A stretch of 64,000 bases of DNA from Felis catus (Eukaryota), in assembly GCF_018350175.1 (NCBI RefSeq), contig NC_058368.1, forward strand, positions 132,930,001 through 132,994,000. The letters are read 5' to 3'. Shown one piece after another: positions 25,443 through 38,195 of this stretch. The translations under genes were made by a program, and so were the position numbers. A model generated the notes under the pieces. That model was given only the letters and a program-made list of their open reading frames with translations. It was not told the origin of the DNA and searched no databases. Within the stretch, counting starts at the first letter, position 1, and every line of letters starts with the position of its first letter.

Positions 25443-25605
25443 GGGGGCACCTGGGTGACTCAGTCAGTTAAGCATCTGACTTCTGCTCGGGTCATGATCT
25501 CACTGTTCATGAGTTAGAGCCCACTTCAGATCCTCTGTTCCCCTGTTTCTCTGCATGTCCCCTGCTTGCCCCCCCACAAAAAAATAAATAAAACTTTAAA
25601 AAAAG
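25443..25605 (+). mobile_element. Can-SINE, internally deleted
   Basis: Head, B-box and tail present; central part missing. Confidence 0.88.
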
Positions 25606-26529
25606 AATAGAATGGTCACTTTTTTCTTTAATGTGTTCTTTCTAACTAACTTCCTTGTCAGAAAACCTAAAGAAAAATAAGTATTGAAGAAATGGAAGAA
25701 AATGCAGAGATCATGGATATTTAAGATGGATGATTGGAAGTCTCATCTTCACTGAAGGCAAAACTTAATACTCAGAACTAATGCTGTCCCAAAATGGATA
25801 TTAAAACATCTTTCACATCTTTTAAAACATCTTTGAATCATCCTTCAAAAGCACTTTCGTTTTCCCAAGAATAGGAGGAAACACGTACAGGCTTAGTTGT
25901 CAAAAAGTAAATTAATTGTTCAAGGTTGCACCCTGGTGCATGCTTCAAGCTCCTCCTTCCATCCACATCCCTAGAAGTGACAGAAAAGACTATTATTTCA
26001 TACTATGATAGGTAAAAGTATTGTTTCATCTCCACAGTTTGGGGAAATAAAGGAGAGCACTTGTTAGATAAATTTTAAGGAATTCTTTGAAATCCTAGGG
26101 CAGAAAGGACCAGAGAACTCTACAATGAAAGGTGAATTTGGTCTAAGGGATGCTTCAAAAGTAGACACAGCATAAAAGATCAAGAAAGAATTCTAGATAA
26201 TGGGGTACTGCATCATTAGAAATTGTTTATAATAATCACCTTTTTAATACCAAACAGTAAGCAAAAGGTGATATATGGCTCAAGGCATGAGCAATGAGTT
26301 ATTATATTAGAAACAAAAACCAGTATGGGCTATTTTGAGGTAGCATGTCTTACCCAGTGTTGTATCCTTCCTTTTGCCTATCGTTGGGGCAAATAGTTTG
26401 CAGTAAGCCAGTAACATTCTCAGACAAGTTTATACTAAGATGAGAACAACATTTACTGAACATTTAAAGAAGGGCAGCACCATGAAGAGAGTCCCCAAAG
26501 AGAAGTACCAATATTTAAAGAAATCAAAA

Positions 26530-26724
26530 AAAAATTATTTATTTTGAAAGAGACAGACACAGCACAAGCCGGGGAGGGGCAGAGAGAGGGAGAGAGAATC
26601 CCAAGCAGGTGCCACGCTGCCATTGCAGAGCCTGACATGGGGCTCAAACCCACGAACCGCGAGATAAGACCTGAGCTGAAATCAAGAGTTGGACTCTTGA
26701 CTGACTGAGCCACTCAGGTGCCCC
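26530..26724 (-). mobile_element. Can-SINE
   Basis: Head and tail motifs. Confidence 0.92.
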
Positions 26725-27499
26725 AAGAAACCAGAATTTTAAAATAGTGTCTTCTCCTGGATAAGTGAGTATATTGAATTTGCAAGATCAACTCTTAGGG
26801 AAGCATTTAAGTATCTTCATAACGCAAAGTAGAATTTGCCACAAATTCAGTAGTTGTGCTGAAGATTAAGAAGGATACCTCTAAAGAGCAAATCTCCAAG
26901 TTCTTAGGAATTGGATTCTATGGAAAGTAATGCAAATGAACCACAAAATAGTGTGAAATGAGACGTGAAAGAAGTCTTGTGTTCCAACATGATTCTAATA
27001 GTTCAAAGGGAGAGAGAAGGGTATGGATACACAAGAAAAAAACACCATCTCAAGAAAATGTCCTAAACCTGAAGCATAGCATGGGTCCTCAGACCAAATG
27101 GGTCTATTCACGGCCAATCAAAAACTATAAACATGCACACACTTCAGATATGTCTATATGAAGTTTCAGATCAGGTATGTAGAACATTTTTTAAAGTTCC
27201 AGAAGAAGCATCTTACATACCACAATGTGAAGGCAGTAACTTGCAAAGTGAACAAAATCAGAACGTTAATCACCCACTTTGGATGCAAGAATATCTAAAG
27301 CTGTTCAAGTCAGAGGACAAAATAAGGACATTTTCAGATCAAGGTGTCAAAATTAACCTCCCACAGAGCCTCTCCAAAACATGTACCAAGGAATATATTT
27401 GAACAACATGAGAAATCTCAAAAGTAGATTTGAGGTCCAAGAAATAATGACCAAAACCAGATGTAGTAGAGCTAAAGTAGTGTAATTAATGCTGATCAT

Positions 27500-28545
27500 G
27501 GACTTCAAGCTGTATTACAAAGTTGTAATCATCAAGACAGTATGGTACTGGCACAAAAACAGACACTCAGATCAATGGAACAGAATAGAGAACCCAGAAA
27601 TGGACCCACAAACATATGGCCAACTAATCTTCAACAAAGCAGGAAAGAATATCCAGTGGAATAAAGACAGTCTTTTCAGCAAATGGTGTTGGGAAAACTG
27701 GACAGTGACATACAGAAAAGTGAACCTGGACCACTTTCTTACACCATACACAAAAGTAAACTCAAAATGGATGAAAGGCCTAAAGTAAGGAAGCCATCAA
27801 AATCCTTGAGAAAGCAGGCAAAAACCTCTTTGATCTTGGCCGCAGCAACTTTTCACTCAACACATCTCCAGAGGCAAGGGAAACAAAAGCAAAAATCAAC
27901 TATTGGGACCTCATCAAAATAAAAAGCTTCTGCACAGCGAAGGAAACAATCAGCAAAACTAAAAGGCAACCAGTGGAATGGGAGAAGATACTTGCAAATG
28001 ACATATCAGATAAAGTGTTAGTATCCAGAATCTATAGAGAACTTACCAAACTCAACACCCAAAGAACAAATAATCCGTTGAAGAAATGGGCAAAAGACAT
28101 GAATAGATACTTCTCCAAAGAAGACATCCAGATGGCCAACTGACACATGAAAAAATGCTCCACATCACTCATCATCAGGGAAATACAAATCAAAACTACA
28201 ATGAGATACCACCTTGCACCTGTCAGAATGGCTAACATTAACAAGTCAGGCAACAACAGATGTTGACGAGGATGCAAAGAAAGAGGATCTCTTTTGCACT
28301 GTTGGTGGGAATGCAAGCTGGTGCAGCCACTCTGGAAAACAGTATGAAGGTTTCTCAAAAAGCTAAAAATAGAACTACCCTACGACCCAGCAATTGCACT
28401 ACTAGGCATTTATCCACGGGATATAGGTGTGCTGTTTCAAAAGGACATATACACTTCAATATTTATACCAGCACTATCGACAATAGCCAAAGTATGGAAA
28501 GATCCCAAATGTCCATCGATGGATGAATGGATAAAGAAGAAGTGG

Positions 28546-28591
<46 letters not shown>

Positions 28592-29357
28592 GGAGTATTA
28601 CTCAGCAATCAAAAAGAAGGAAATCTTGCCATTTGCAACTACGTGGATGGAACTGGAGGGTATTACGCTAAGTGAAATTAGAGAAAGACAAATATGACTT
28701 CACTCATATGAAGACTTTCAGAGACAAAACAGATGAACATAAGGGAAGGGAGACAAAAATAATATAAAAACAGGGAGGGGGACAAAACATGAGACTCTTA
28801 AATATGGAAAACAGAGGCTTATTGGAGGGGTTGTGGGAGGGGGGATGGGCTAAATGGGTAAGGGGCATTAAGGAATCTACTCCTGAAATCATTGTTGCAC
28901 TATATGCTAACTAATTTGGATGTAAATTTAAAAATTTTTTTAAAAATATGATGTGGTATATGCATATAATGGAGTATTACTCAACAATCAAAAAGAAAAA
29001 AATCTTGCCATTCACAACTACGTGGATGGAACTAGAGGGCATTATGCTAAGTGAAATTAGAGAAAGACAAATATCATATGACTTAACTCATGTGAGGATT
29101 TTAAGATACAAAACAGATGAACCTAAGGGAAGGGAAGCAAAAATAATAAAAAACAGGGAGAGGGACAAAACATAAGAGACTCAAATATGGAGAACAAGCA
29201 GGGTTATTGGAGGGGTTGTGGGAGGGGGATGGGCTATATGGGCAAGGGGCATTAAGAAATATACTCCTGAAATCATTGTTCCACTATATGCTAACTAATT
29301 TGGATGTAAATTAAAAAAATAAAGTAAATGGTAAAAAAATTAATTAAAAGTTAAAAA
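27500..29357 (+). mobile_element. 5'-truncated carnivore L1 (ORF2 3' third) with two tandem 3' ends
   Basis: [33 protein letters not shown]; frameshifted; 16-bp TSD aatta(a/g)tgctgatcat at 27484-27499 and 29358-29373. Confidence 0.96.
28548..28588. repeat. (CA)n microsatellite
   Basis: Direct reading. Confidence 0.97.
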
Positions 29358-29759
29358 AATTAGTGCTGATCATAAATACGAATGAGGATGTAAAAAAACA
29401 GAAGTGAATATAAAGTAGTAGATGATGTCTACAAGTGAGGATTATACTTTTTCTAAAAGAAATTATGCTTGGGGTGCCTGGCTGGCTCAGTTGGATGAGC
29501 CTCACGTTGGGTGTAGAGTACTTTGAAAAAAAAAAAAAGAAAGAAAGAAAGAAACTCTCCATTAATTGGTTAACTTTGGTTAATTAATTAGTTAATTTTA
29601 AATTCTTATACTAAAGTCTAAGTTGGAATTTATAGAGTGAATAATGATTATAAAAATAGTGTTGGTATCTTATTTAATAAATGCAATAGGCTATATAGAT
29701 TTTTTTTTACAAGAATAGATTTTTTTACACGAATGTATATACATGTATATATAAAGGCG

Positions 29760-30790
29760 TGAATTGACTGCATTTGACTCAGCAGTTTTTCTAGTGATGA
29801 ATACCTATGATTATTCTATTTCACTCCCTGCTTTCATAAACACCACAGTGGTGAGTATCCTCATTCATGTTATTTTTTGAACCTTTGTGAAAATTTCATG
29901 CCTAGGAGTACAATTGCTAGGTCAAAGATACTATTAATTTCACAAAGTACTACTGAAGTACTTCCCAGAAAGTCTGCACCAGTTTACACTCTTACTAGGT
30001 AGACATGGGTCTCATTCTCCACATATTTGCAAATAGTTTTATGTGACTTCAAGTTTTGCTTGTTTAATGAATAACGTATCTTGACATTAGTTTACTTTCC
30101 ATTCCTTTGATTACTAGTGTCTGACAAGTACATAGACTTGTTAGCCCGTAAGGTTTATTATTGTGTAATTTCCTATTCCCATCCCCTATTTTTCTGATTT
30201 TTCAAGACTGATTTGTACAAGTTTCTTGTCCAGAGATACTACTCTTCTGTCATTTTAGTCATTCTCCCAGAGCACAATCTGTTTACTTTTGTTTATGATA
30301 TCCTTTGTTTAAAAAAATTTTTTTAACGTAAATGAAGATAAATCTATCATGTATGCTTCATTGTTCTTAAGTCTTCCCCATTCCTGAGTCAAAAAATTAT
30401 TTTCCACATTCACTCCTATTAGCTGGGTATATTTACTTAGGTTTAGTAGGTATATTTGTATCCAATGTATTAGGTATATTTATTTCGGTTTTAATCCATC
30501 TAGAGCCCACCATTGTATGTGAGGCAAAGTTGGGATCAAACTCCATGTTTTCACTGCAAGGTCAAACATGTCTACTTTTTTCTATTGATCTGTGATGCAA
30601 TGTTGATTATAACAAGTACGTATGCAAACATGCTTGAGCTTTCTGTAGTGTTCTTTGGTCTATTTTTATGTTCCTATGTTTGTATCATTTTTTTCCAGCA
30701 AATTTGGACGTTTTATAATAAACACCTAAACATCAGTTCTTCCATTAACATTTTTCTATATTTGCTTTTATATACTATGTTACTTTTATA
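29760..30790 (-). mobile_element. Old, highly decayed L1 fragment
   Basis: Antisense ORF2-type phrases (cctaggagtacaattgctaggtca, gcaccagtttacactc). Confidence 0.6.
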
Positions 30791-30820
30791 ACTAAAAGTT
30801 TATGTATCCTAATATCTTAA

Positions 30821-30956
30821 AGCAGTGATTCTCACCAGGAGGGCTTGTTGGGTCTCATCCACCAGGCTTTTGATTAAGTAACTCTGTGCCCAAGAATTTC
30901 TATTTCTACTTGCTTGCTGTTTATGGTTTGGGGATAATACTTAGAGAATTGTTGTC
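30821..30956. mobile_element. MER5-like MITE remnant
   Basis: gcagtgattctca ... tagagaattgttg termini. Confidence 0.55.
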
Positions 30957-31074
30957 TTAAAGGGTAAGTGTTCTCTCTTTGTTCCTGTTTTCAAAACTGG
31001 TTTAGGCATATGTAGATCTTTTATTTTTTCATTTACACTTAAGAGTAAATTTATTGGCATTGGTTGTTCTAGTC

Positions 31075-31660
31075 ATTATGGATTTATCTTCCCTCTTCAA
31101 ATGACCAAAAACAGACAAAATATATGAAATACTGATTTTCAAAATACTGGACATCAGGCAGTGAAGGACAGTGATACCTGAAGGATGGCGGTAAAAAGAG
31201 GTGAACTTCATGAATGCCCCAGTTTCCCACCCCAGAATTTCAGGTCATGGAGCATAGAAGGGGAATCCAGGCAAGGCTGGCAAACTCCCTAAATTGAGGA
31301 GGTGGAGCTAAGACTCTAGGCAAACCAAAGGAGGTACAGTCCACCAGGCAAAAGGACAGGAGAGAGCTGCACAGAACTGGAGAGATCTGCATGGGATCCC
31401 CTTCATGAATTCAGCTGAGTCCTGATCAGCATATGTGTGAGGAAAGTCCTCAGGGCAGAGTAAAGAACTACCCAAAAGGATTTGAGTTGACAGTGACCTA
31501 CACTTGCAGGTAAGAGTGCACTGTGTTCATACAGGGTGAGTAAAAATGCCCATTTTTATCAGCAACTGTGGAAATCTTTATGATTCACAGGCATCAGGTA
31601 GAGTATACAGAAGGCATTGGTAATGAGGAATCTTTAGCCTTAGATTAGAGACAACTCCAG
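31075..31660 (+). mobile_element. Old L1 (L1MC/MD-like) 5' region
   Basis: gacaaaatatatgaaa...ggacatcaggcagtgaaggacagtgat resembles old L1 5' ends. Confidence 0.55.
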
Positions 31661-32036
31661 TACCACCGGTATTTACTATTTTCCATAGTAGTATGCTTTG
31701 ATTCTGTTCTTTTAATCTTTTGTGAATCTCCTGTGGGTTTTTGCTTTGTAATTACCATGAAACTTGCATAAAGCATCTTATATACAGTCTTCTTTAAGCT
31801 GGTAACAACGTTAGTGGAAAATTCACGAATGTGTGGACATTAAACAGCATACTCTTGATAACTAATGAGTCAAGGAAGACACCAAAATGGAAAAAATAAG
31901 AATATGCTGAAATTCTAGAAGCATCCCCACTAAACAAGAAAAGGAAGATTTTCATCATTATTACTACTTGACAATATAGTGAAATTCTAACTAAGGTAAC
32001 ATTAAATAAAGTAATAAATAAATAAAATATGGTATA

Positions 32037-32250
32037 GGGGTGCCTCGGTGGCTCAGTTGGTTAAGTGTTTGACTTTGGCTCAGGTCATGATCTCGAAGTT
32101 CTTGGGTTTGAGCCCCGCGTCAGGCTCTGTGCTGACAGCTCAGAGCCTAGAGCCTGCTTTGGATTCTGTGTCTCTGTCACTCTCTACCCCTCCCCTGCTC
32201 GCTCACTCTCTCTCTCTCTCTCAAAAAATAAATAAAATAAAATAAAAATG
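32037..32250 (+). mobile_element. Can-SINE
   Basis: Head, (CT)n and tail. Confidence 0.94.
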
Positions 32251-33509
32251 TTTTAAGGTTGAAATCATATGAAATGCTTTCTCTGACCACAATGGAATCA
32301 AACTAGAAATTACTAGCAGTAGGAAAACCTATAAATATGTTGAACATGAACAATGTATTTTTAAATTAAAAAGGGGGCAAAAATAAATCACAAAGAAATG
32401 TAGAAAACATGTGACGATAAGTGAAAATGAAAACAACATACGAAAACTTTTGGGACATAGCAAAATCAGTACTAGAAGGGAAGGTCATAATGGTAAGTTC
32501 TCAAAGCTCTCAAGTCAACACTCTAACATGCACCTCAAGGGACTAGAAAAAGAACAAACTAAATGCAAAATTAGCAGCAGAAAAAAAGAGTAAAGATTAC
32601 AGCAGAGATGGATGAAATAAAGAATAGAAAAACAAAGAGACATTACAACTGGTAACTACCCAACAAACTGGACAACCTGGAAGAAATGGATAAGTTCCTA
32701 GAAACAACCTTTGAAGACTGCATCAAGCCAAACAAAATCTGAATAGACCTATAACTTGTAAGGGGAATGAATAATCAAAAACCTCCCATCAAAGTAAAGT
32801 CCAGGGCCAGATGGTTTCACTGAAGAATTCTACAAAACATTTAGATAGGAACTAATGCCAATCCTTCTCAAACTCTTCCAACAATTGAAGAGGATAGAAT
32901 GCTCCCAAACTCAGTCTATGAGGCTAACATCACCCTTATACCAAAAACAGACAAAGACATCGTAAGAAAAAACTACAGACCAATATCCCTGATGAACACT
33001 GATTCAAAAACCCTAAACAAAATACTAGGAAAATAAATTCAATAACATATGTAGGGATTAAGCACCATGACAGGCGGGATTTATATCTGGAATGAACGAT
33101 GGTTATATATATGAAAATACTCAGTGGATTATACCATATTAACAAAAATAAAACAAAACCACAGGATCATCTCAAAAGATGCAGAAAAGCATTTGATAAA
33201 ATTCAGCACCCTTTCATTGATAAAAACATTCAGCAAACTAGGAACAGAAAGGAACTACCTCAACACAATAAAAGCCATATATGAAAAGCCCATAGGTAAC
33301 GTTGTACTCAGTGGTAAAAGACTGAGAGGTTTTTATCTAAGTTTAGGAGCAAGATAAGGATGAACATTCTCACCACTACTATTCAACATAGTACTAGAAG
33401 TGCTAGCCAGAGCAATTAAGAAAAAGATGTAAAAGTCATTCAAATTAGAAAAGAAATAAAAGTAATCTCTTAGCAGATGACACAATCTTATTTCTTGAAA
33501 ACCCTGAAG

Positions 33510-33512
<3 letters not shown>

Positions 33513-33541
<29 letters not shown>
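33513..33541. repeat. (CA)n microsatellite
   Basis: Direct reading. Confidence 0.96.
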
Positions 33542-34552
33542 GCTATTACAACTAACAATTTTAGTAAAGTTACAGGATCGAAAAATCAATTTTATTTACT
33601 AATGCATCCAAAAGGATAAAGCACTTAGGAATAAACTCAACTAAGGATGTGAAAGACTTGTACACGAAAAAGAACAAGATATTGCTGAAAGAAATTTTTA
33701 AAAAGATACAAATAAATGGAATACACCAAACTGGATAACCTGTGCTTGTGACTTGGAAGATGTCCTCTTGTTAAAATGATCATACTGCCCAAAACAATGT
33801 ATGGACTCAATGCAGTCTTTGTCAAAATCTCAAAGGTATGTTTCACAGAAATAGGAAAAACCATCCTAAAATTTATAGGGGATCTCAAGGGACCCTGAAT
33901 AGCAAAACATCCTTGAAGAAGAAGAACAAAGTTGGAGACCTTGGGCATCTTCATTTTAAAACATACTACAAAGCAGGAAAAATTAAGACAGTACAGTACT
34001 GACATAATGATAGATGTATAAACCAATGGCAGAGAATAGAAAGTCCAAAAATAAACACTTGCTTATATGGCCAAATAATTTTTGATAAGAGTGCCATGAC
34101 TACACATGGGAAAAGGAGAATCTCATGCAAACGAATGATGCTGGAACATTTACCTTTCACTAAATACAAAAACTAAGAATGAGAGACCTAAACGTAAGAG
34201 TTACAACTGTAAAATGACTGGGAGAAAACATGGGGGAAAGCTTCAGATTTCCCAAACATTAGATTTGGCAATGGTTTCCTGCATGTGACACCAAAAGCAC
34301 AGCTAACAAAAAATAGACAAATGGGACTACATCAAAACTAAAAAATTCTGCACATCAGAGGAAATAACAAAGCGAAAAGGCAACAAAGTGAAATGTGGAA
34401 AGGGAGAAAATGATTGCAAACCACATATGTGACAAGGGGTTAATATCTATAATATACAGGGAACTTATAAACCATCAATTTAAAAAAAACTTGATTAAAA
34501 AATGGTCAAAGGACTTGAATAGACATTTCTCCAAAGAAGATATGCAAATAGC

Positions 34553-35063
34553 TGTCAAGAGTTTAAGTTGCTTCATGGGTATTTCTGCCTCAGTATCTAT
34601 TTTGTGTAGCAAAGAAATCTACAGGGACCTTAATCTGATATCAGCTCCCTTATGTAAGCACATGTCCTAGAGAGAAACCACAGAGTCACAGCAAATTTAA
34701 GTTCTGGTGTCAATGCCCCAACAGCCCTTTTGTTCAACAATTTTCCCTGCCTCCCAGTGCCTGTATGCCTTATGGCTACCTTAGATAAAACCCTGTGGGG
34801 CTTACCAAAACTCCACTCTTGTAGTTTGGCCCAAGCCCAGGACCCCCAAAGCACTCCCCACTGTAGTGCCTCAGGTTCTGCTTCTTTTTCTACTCTCTGC
34901 CTTGACCTCCCTGTGTGGCCTCTCAAGGCATGCAGTATACTTCCTCCAGAACTTGTGAGTAATAAAATTCTCAGTATACTTCCTCCAGAACTTGTGAGTA
35001 ATAAAGTTCTCAATTTCAATTTCTCTTGTGATCTCTTGTTAAAGTTCAACTCACTATTCTGTG
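34553..35063 (+). mobile_element. Probable solo ERV LTR, 3'-truncated, inserted in L1
   Basis: Begins TG where L1 homology stops; TATA-like gataaaa at ~34784; C-rich R region; AATAAA; family unassigned. Confidence 0.65.
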
Positions 35064-35085
35064 CTCCACTTAAAAATGTTAATTT

Positions 35086-35315
35086 AGGGGCTCTTGGGTG
35101 GCTCAGTCAGCGTCAGTAAGCGTCTGACTTTGGCTCAAGTCATGATCTCATGGTTCGTGGGTTTGAGCCCCACGTCGGGCTCTGTGCTGACAGCACGGAG
35201 CCTGGAGCCTGCTTTGGATTCTGTGTCTCCCTCTCTCTACCCCTCCGTCCCTCGTGGTTTCTCTCTCTGTCTCTCTCTTTGTCTCTCTCAAAAATAAGTA
35301 AACATTAAAAAAAAA
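35086..35315 (+). mobile_element. Can-SINE
   Basis: Head, (CT)n and tail. Confidence 0.93.
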
Positions 35316-35615
35316 GTTAGAAATAGAACTACCCTGCAATCTAGCAGTTGCACTACTAGGTATTTACCCAAAGAACACAAAGATACTAATTCAAAGGGGT
35401 ACATGTACCCCAGTGTTTATAGGAGTATTATCCACAGTAGCCAAATTATGGAAACACCCCAAGTGTCCATCCACTGAAGAATGGATAAAGAAGGTGTGGT
35501 ATGTACAATGGTATAACACTCAGCCATCAAAAAGAATGAAATCTTGCTATTTGCAACAACACAGATGGATCTAGACAGTATTATGCTAAGTGAAATAAGT
35601 CAGTCAGAGAAAGAC

Positions 35616-35650
35616 ATCACTTCTAGGCCTTTTGGCTAAGATCAAGGGTA
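35616..35650 (+). pseudogene. U2 snRNA 5' fragment (nt 1-35), tailless retropseudogene
   Basis: atcacttctaggccttttggctaagatcaagggta matches the U2 5' end ATCGCTTCTCGGCCTTTTGGCTAAGATCAAGTGTA at 32/35; flanked by tcagagaaagac / tcagaaagac. Confidence 0.9.
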
Positions 35651-35699
35651 ATCAGAAAGACAAATACCATATGATTTCACTCATGTGGAATTTAATGTT

Positions 35700-36349
35700 T
35701 ATTTTTTTAACTTGTTTTATTTTTTATTTTTTAAAATTTACATCCAAATTAGTTAGCATATGGTGAAACAATGATTTCAGGAGTAGATTCCTTAGTGCCC
35801 CTTACCCATTTAGCCCATCCCCCCTCCCACAGCCCCTCCAGTAACCCTCAGTTTGTTCTCCATATTTACGAGTCTCTTCTGTTTTGTCCCCCTCCCTGTT
35901 TTTATATTATTTTTGTTTCCCTTCCCTTAAGTTCATCTGTTTTGTCTCTTAAAGTCTTCATGTGAGTGAGGACTTACACGATTTTTGTCTTTCTCTGACT
36001 GACTAATTTCACTTAGCATAATACCCTCCAGTTCCATCCACATAGTTGCAAATGGCAAGATTTCATTCTTTTTGATTGCTGAGTAATACTCCATTGTATG
36101 TATATATATACCACATCTTCTTTATCCATTCATCCATCGATGGACATTTGGGCTCTTTCCATACTTTGGCTATTGTTGATAGTGCTGCTATAGACATGGA
36201 GTGTATGTGTCCCTTCAAAACAGCACACCTGTATCCCGTGGATAAATGCCTAGTAGTGCCATTGCTGGGTCGTAGGGTAGTTTTATTTTTAGTTTTTTGA
36301 GGAACCTCCATACTGTTTTCCAGAGTGGCTGCACCAGCTTGCATTCCCA
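35700..36349 (-). mobile_element. 5'-truncated carnivore L1 3' end (same 3' UTR type as 27500-29357)
   Basis: IAALSTIAKVWKEPKCPSMDEWIKKMWY; shared 3' UTR; T-rich tail. Confidence 0.95.
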
Positions 36350-36545
36350 TGTTTCTTTATTTTTGAGAGAGAGAGAGAGTTTGAGCAGAGGAAGGGCAGA
36401 GAGAGAGGGAGACACAGAATCTGAAGCAGGCTCCAGTCTCCAGGCTCCAAGCTGTCAAAACAGACACAGGGCTCGAACTCACAAACTGTGAGATCATGAC
36501 CTGAGCCCAAGTTGGATGTTTAACCGACTGAGCCACCCAGGTGCC
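36350..36545 (-). mobile_element. Can-SINE
   Basis: Head motif; its tail abuts the L1. Confidence 0.93.
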
Positions 36546-36817
36546 TCACGAGAGCCTCACATTTAGATATCATTGTCTCTGTCATGTAGATCCTGTTTGA
36601 ATGGCAGGCACCTGTGAGATTTAGTCACATTTCAGAGGAAATCCCAGGTTGATATTATTACTGTCAGTACCCTCTCTCCTGACACCCACAGATCCACCTC
36701 TGCAAAAAAAGTCAACTTCTGTCTCCAGCTACTCCTCCTCCTGCATTTTTTTCATTCACTACCACTATGGGTAGGACATAAGCTACCCAACTGTCCCCAC
36801 CCAAGGTGTCTCGAATT

Positions 36818-36930
36818 CCAGATCTACTAGTTAGCTAGGATTGGTTGTGTGAACTTAGAGAAGTTCTTTAACATTTCTGTGCCTCATTTCCCAATCTGGG
36901 GAATAGGGATAGTAATAGTGACTAGTAAAT
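36818..36930 (+). mobile_element. MIR relic
   Basis: gtgtgaactt...aagttctttaacatttctgtgcctcatttccc core. Confidence 0.65.
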
Positions 36931-37029
36931 AAATTAATGGATGACAATACACACTCAAGTTATAGAAAAGAAGTGTAAAAAAAAAGCATAAATACAAAAA
37001 AAGAAAAATTGCCTTTCATAATGTATTTT

Positions 37030-37237
37030 CTTTTTTAATTAATTTTTTAATGTTTCTTTTTTGAGAGAGACAGAGCATGAGCAGGGGAGCTGGAGAAATA
37101 GAGAGGGAGACACAGAATCTGAAAAAGGCTCCAGGCTCTGAGTTGCCAGCACAGAGCCTGACATGGGGCTCAAACCCACAAACTGCAAGATCACGACCGA
37201 GTCAGACACTTAATCGACTGAGCCACCCAGGCGCCCC
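37030..37237 (-). mobile_element. Can-SINE
   Basis: Head and tail; TSD-like tcata(a/c)tgtattttc. Confidence 0.93.
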
Positions 37238-37329
37238 TCATACTGTATTTTCATGGCTAGGATCAGAGAGGGAGGGATAATAAAATAGAGGAGGTACAGA
37301 ATTAAGGACGTATTTTGAGAGAGAGATAG

Positions 37330-37695
37330 GCAGGCAGACAGACACCAGGCCGTCTCTAAATGACCTGAAGCAAGAAAGATGTTCTCCTGTTGAGCTTGAA
37401 GAAGCAACCGTATTGTGAACTGCCTATGGAGAGAGGCAACCTCTAAGAGCTGAGGGCTTCAGTTCTACAACCGCCAGGAGCTGAATTCTGCTAACAACCT
37501 GAACGAGCCTGAAAGAGGACCCCAAGTACCAGATGAGATTGCAGTCCAGCTGTGCTCAGTGCTGCCTGTGGATCCCTGAGCAGAGGTCCCATCCAAGCCA
37601 TGCCTGGGCTCCTGACCTCCAGGAACTTTGAGATAGTATATGTGTCAAGTTTTGAACTGCTAATTTTGTAGTCATGGCAGTAGAAATTGGATGCA
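37330..37695 (+). mobile_element. MaLR MLT1-type LTR
   Basis: gagctgaattctgctaacaacctgaacgagcc...ccagatgaga...gtagaaattggatgca. Confidence 0.8.
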
Positions 37696-38027
37696 ACAAG
37701 CAGGGTTCATTTTCTACTTTTGCTCCCCCTGATTCCTATAATTCTCCCCAATAGAGCTGGATCAGAACCTATCCAAGAGCCGAAAACTTTGGCCTTGGCT
37801 TTGTCCCTAGAACATTTCCAAAGTCCCTCTCCAAGACCCTATTCCACTCCCTTGGATCAGACCCCCTTGGTTAATATTGGCCCTAGTGGGACTTGTTAGA
37901 TTTGGTAATAAGGAAAATACCCTACTGTCTGCCGTCAGACAGGAGAGCATCCAGAATGTCATCTGGAAAGGCTTGGTGACAAGAAGGACCGTTGCTATCA
38001 TGCAAAAGATTTTATTCCAAGAGCAAT

Positions 38028-38195
38028 AGTTAGGCATCTGACTTCTGATCAGGTCATGATCTCATGGCTTGTGGGTTCAAGCCCTGTGTCAGGCTCTGGG
38101 CTGACAGCTCAGAGCCTGGAGCCTGCTTCAGATTCCGTGTCTCCCTCTCCCTTTGCCCCTCCCCCACTCACACTGTCTCTCGAAAATAAACATTT
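38028..38195 (+). mobile_element. Headless, tailless Can-SINE segment; exact inverted copy of 40250-40417
   Basis: 168/168 identity by manual comparison. Confidence 0.95.

Larger units (their letters stand above)
31815..35695 (+). mobile_element. Decayed L1 ORF2 interrupted by SINEs, an LTR and a U2 fragment
   Basis: IISKDAEKHL (IISIDAEKAF-like) at ~33165; LADD-like at ~33470; ORF2 C-terminal sequence at 35316-35690. Confidence 0.9.

Noticed and set aside
27489..28671. L1 ORF2-like ORFs as an active retrotransposon
   Set aside because: 5'-truncated and frameshifted; no intact ORF1/ORF2 anywhere in the window.
34630..35119. Overlapping 139-aa and 129-aa ORFs with an internal repeat
   Set aside because: Both lie in the LTR-like element; the repeat is the 39-bp DNA duplication.
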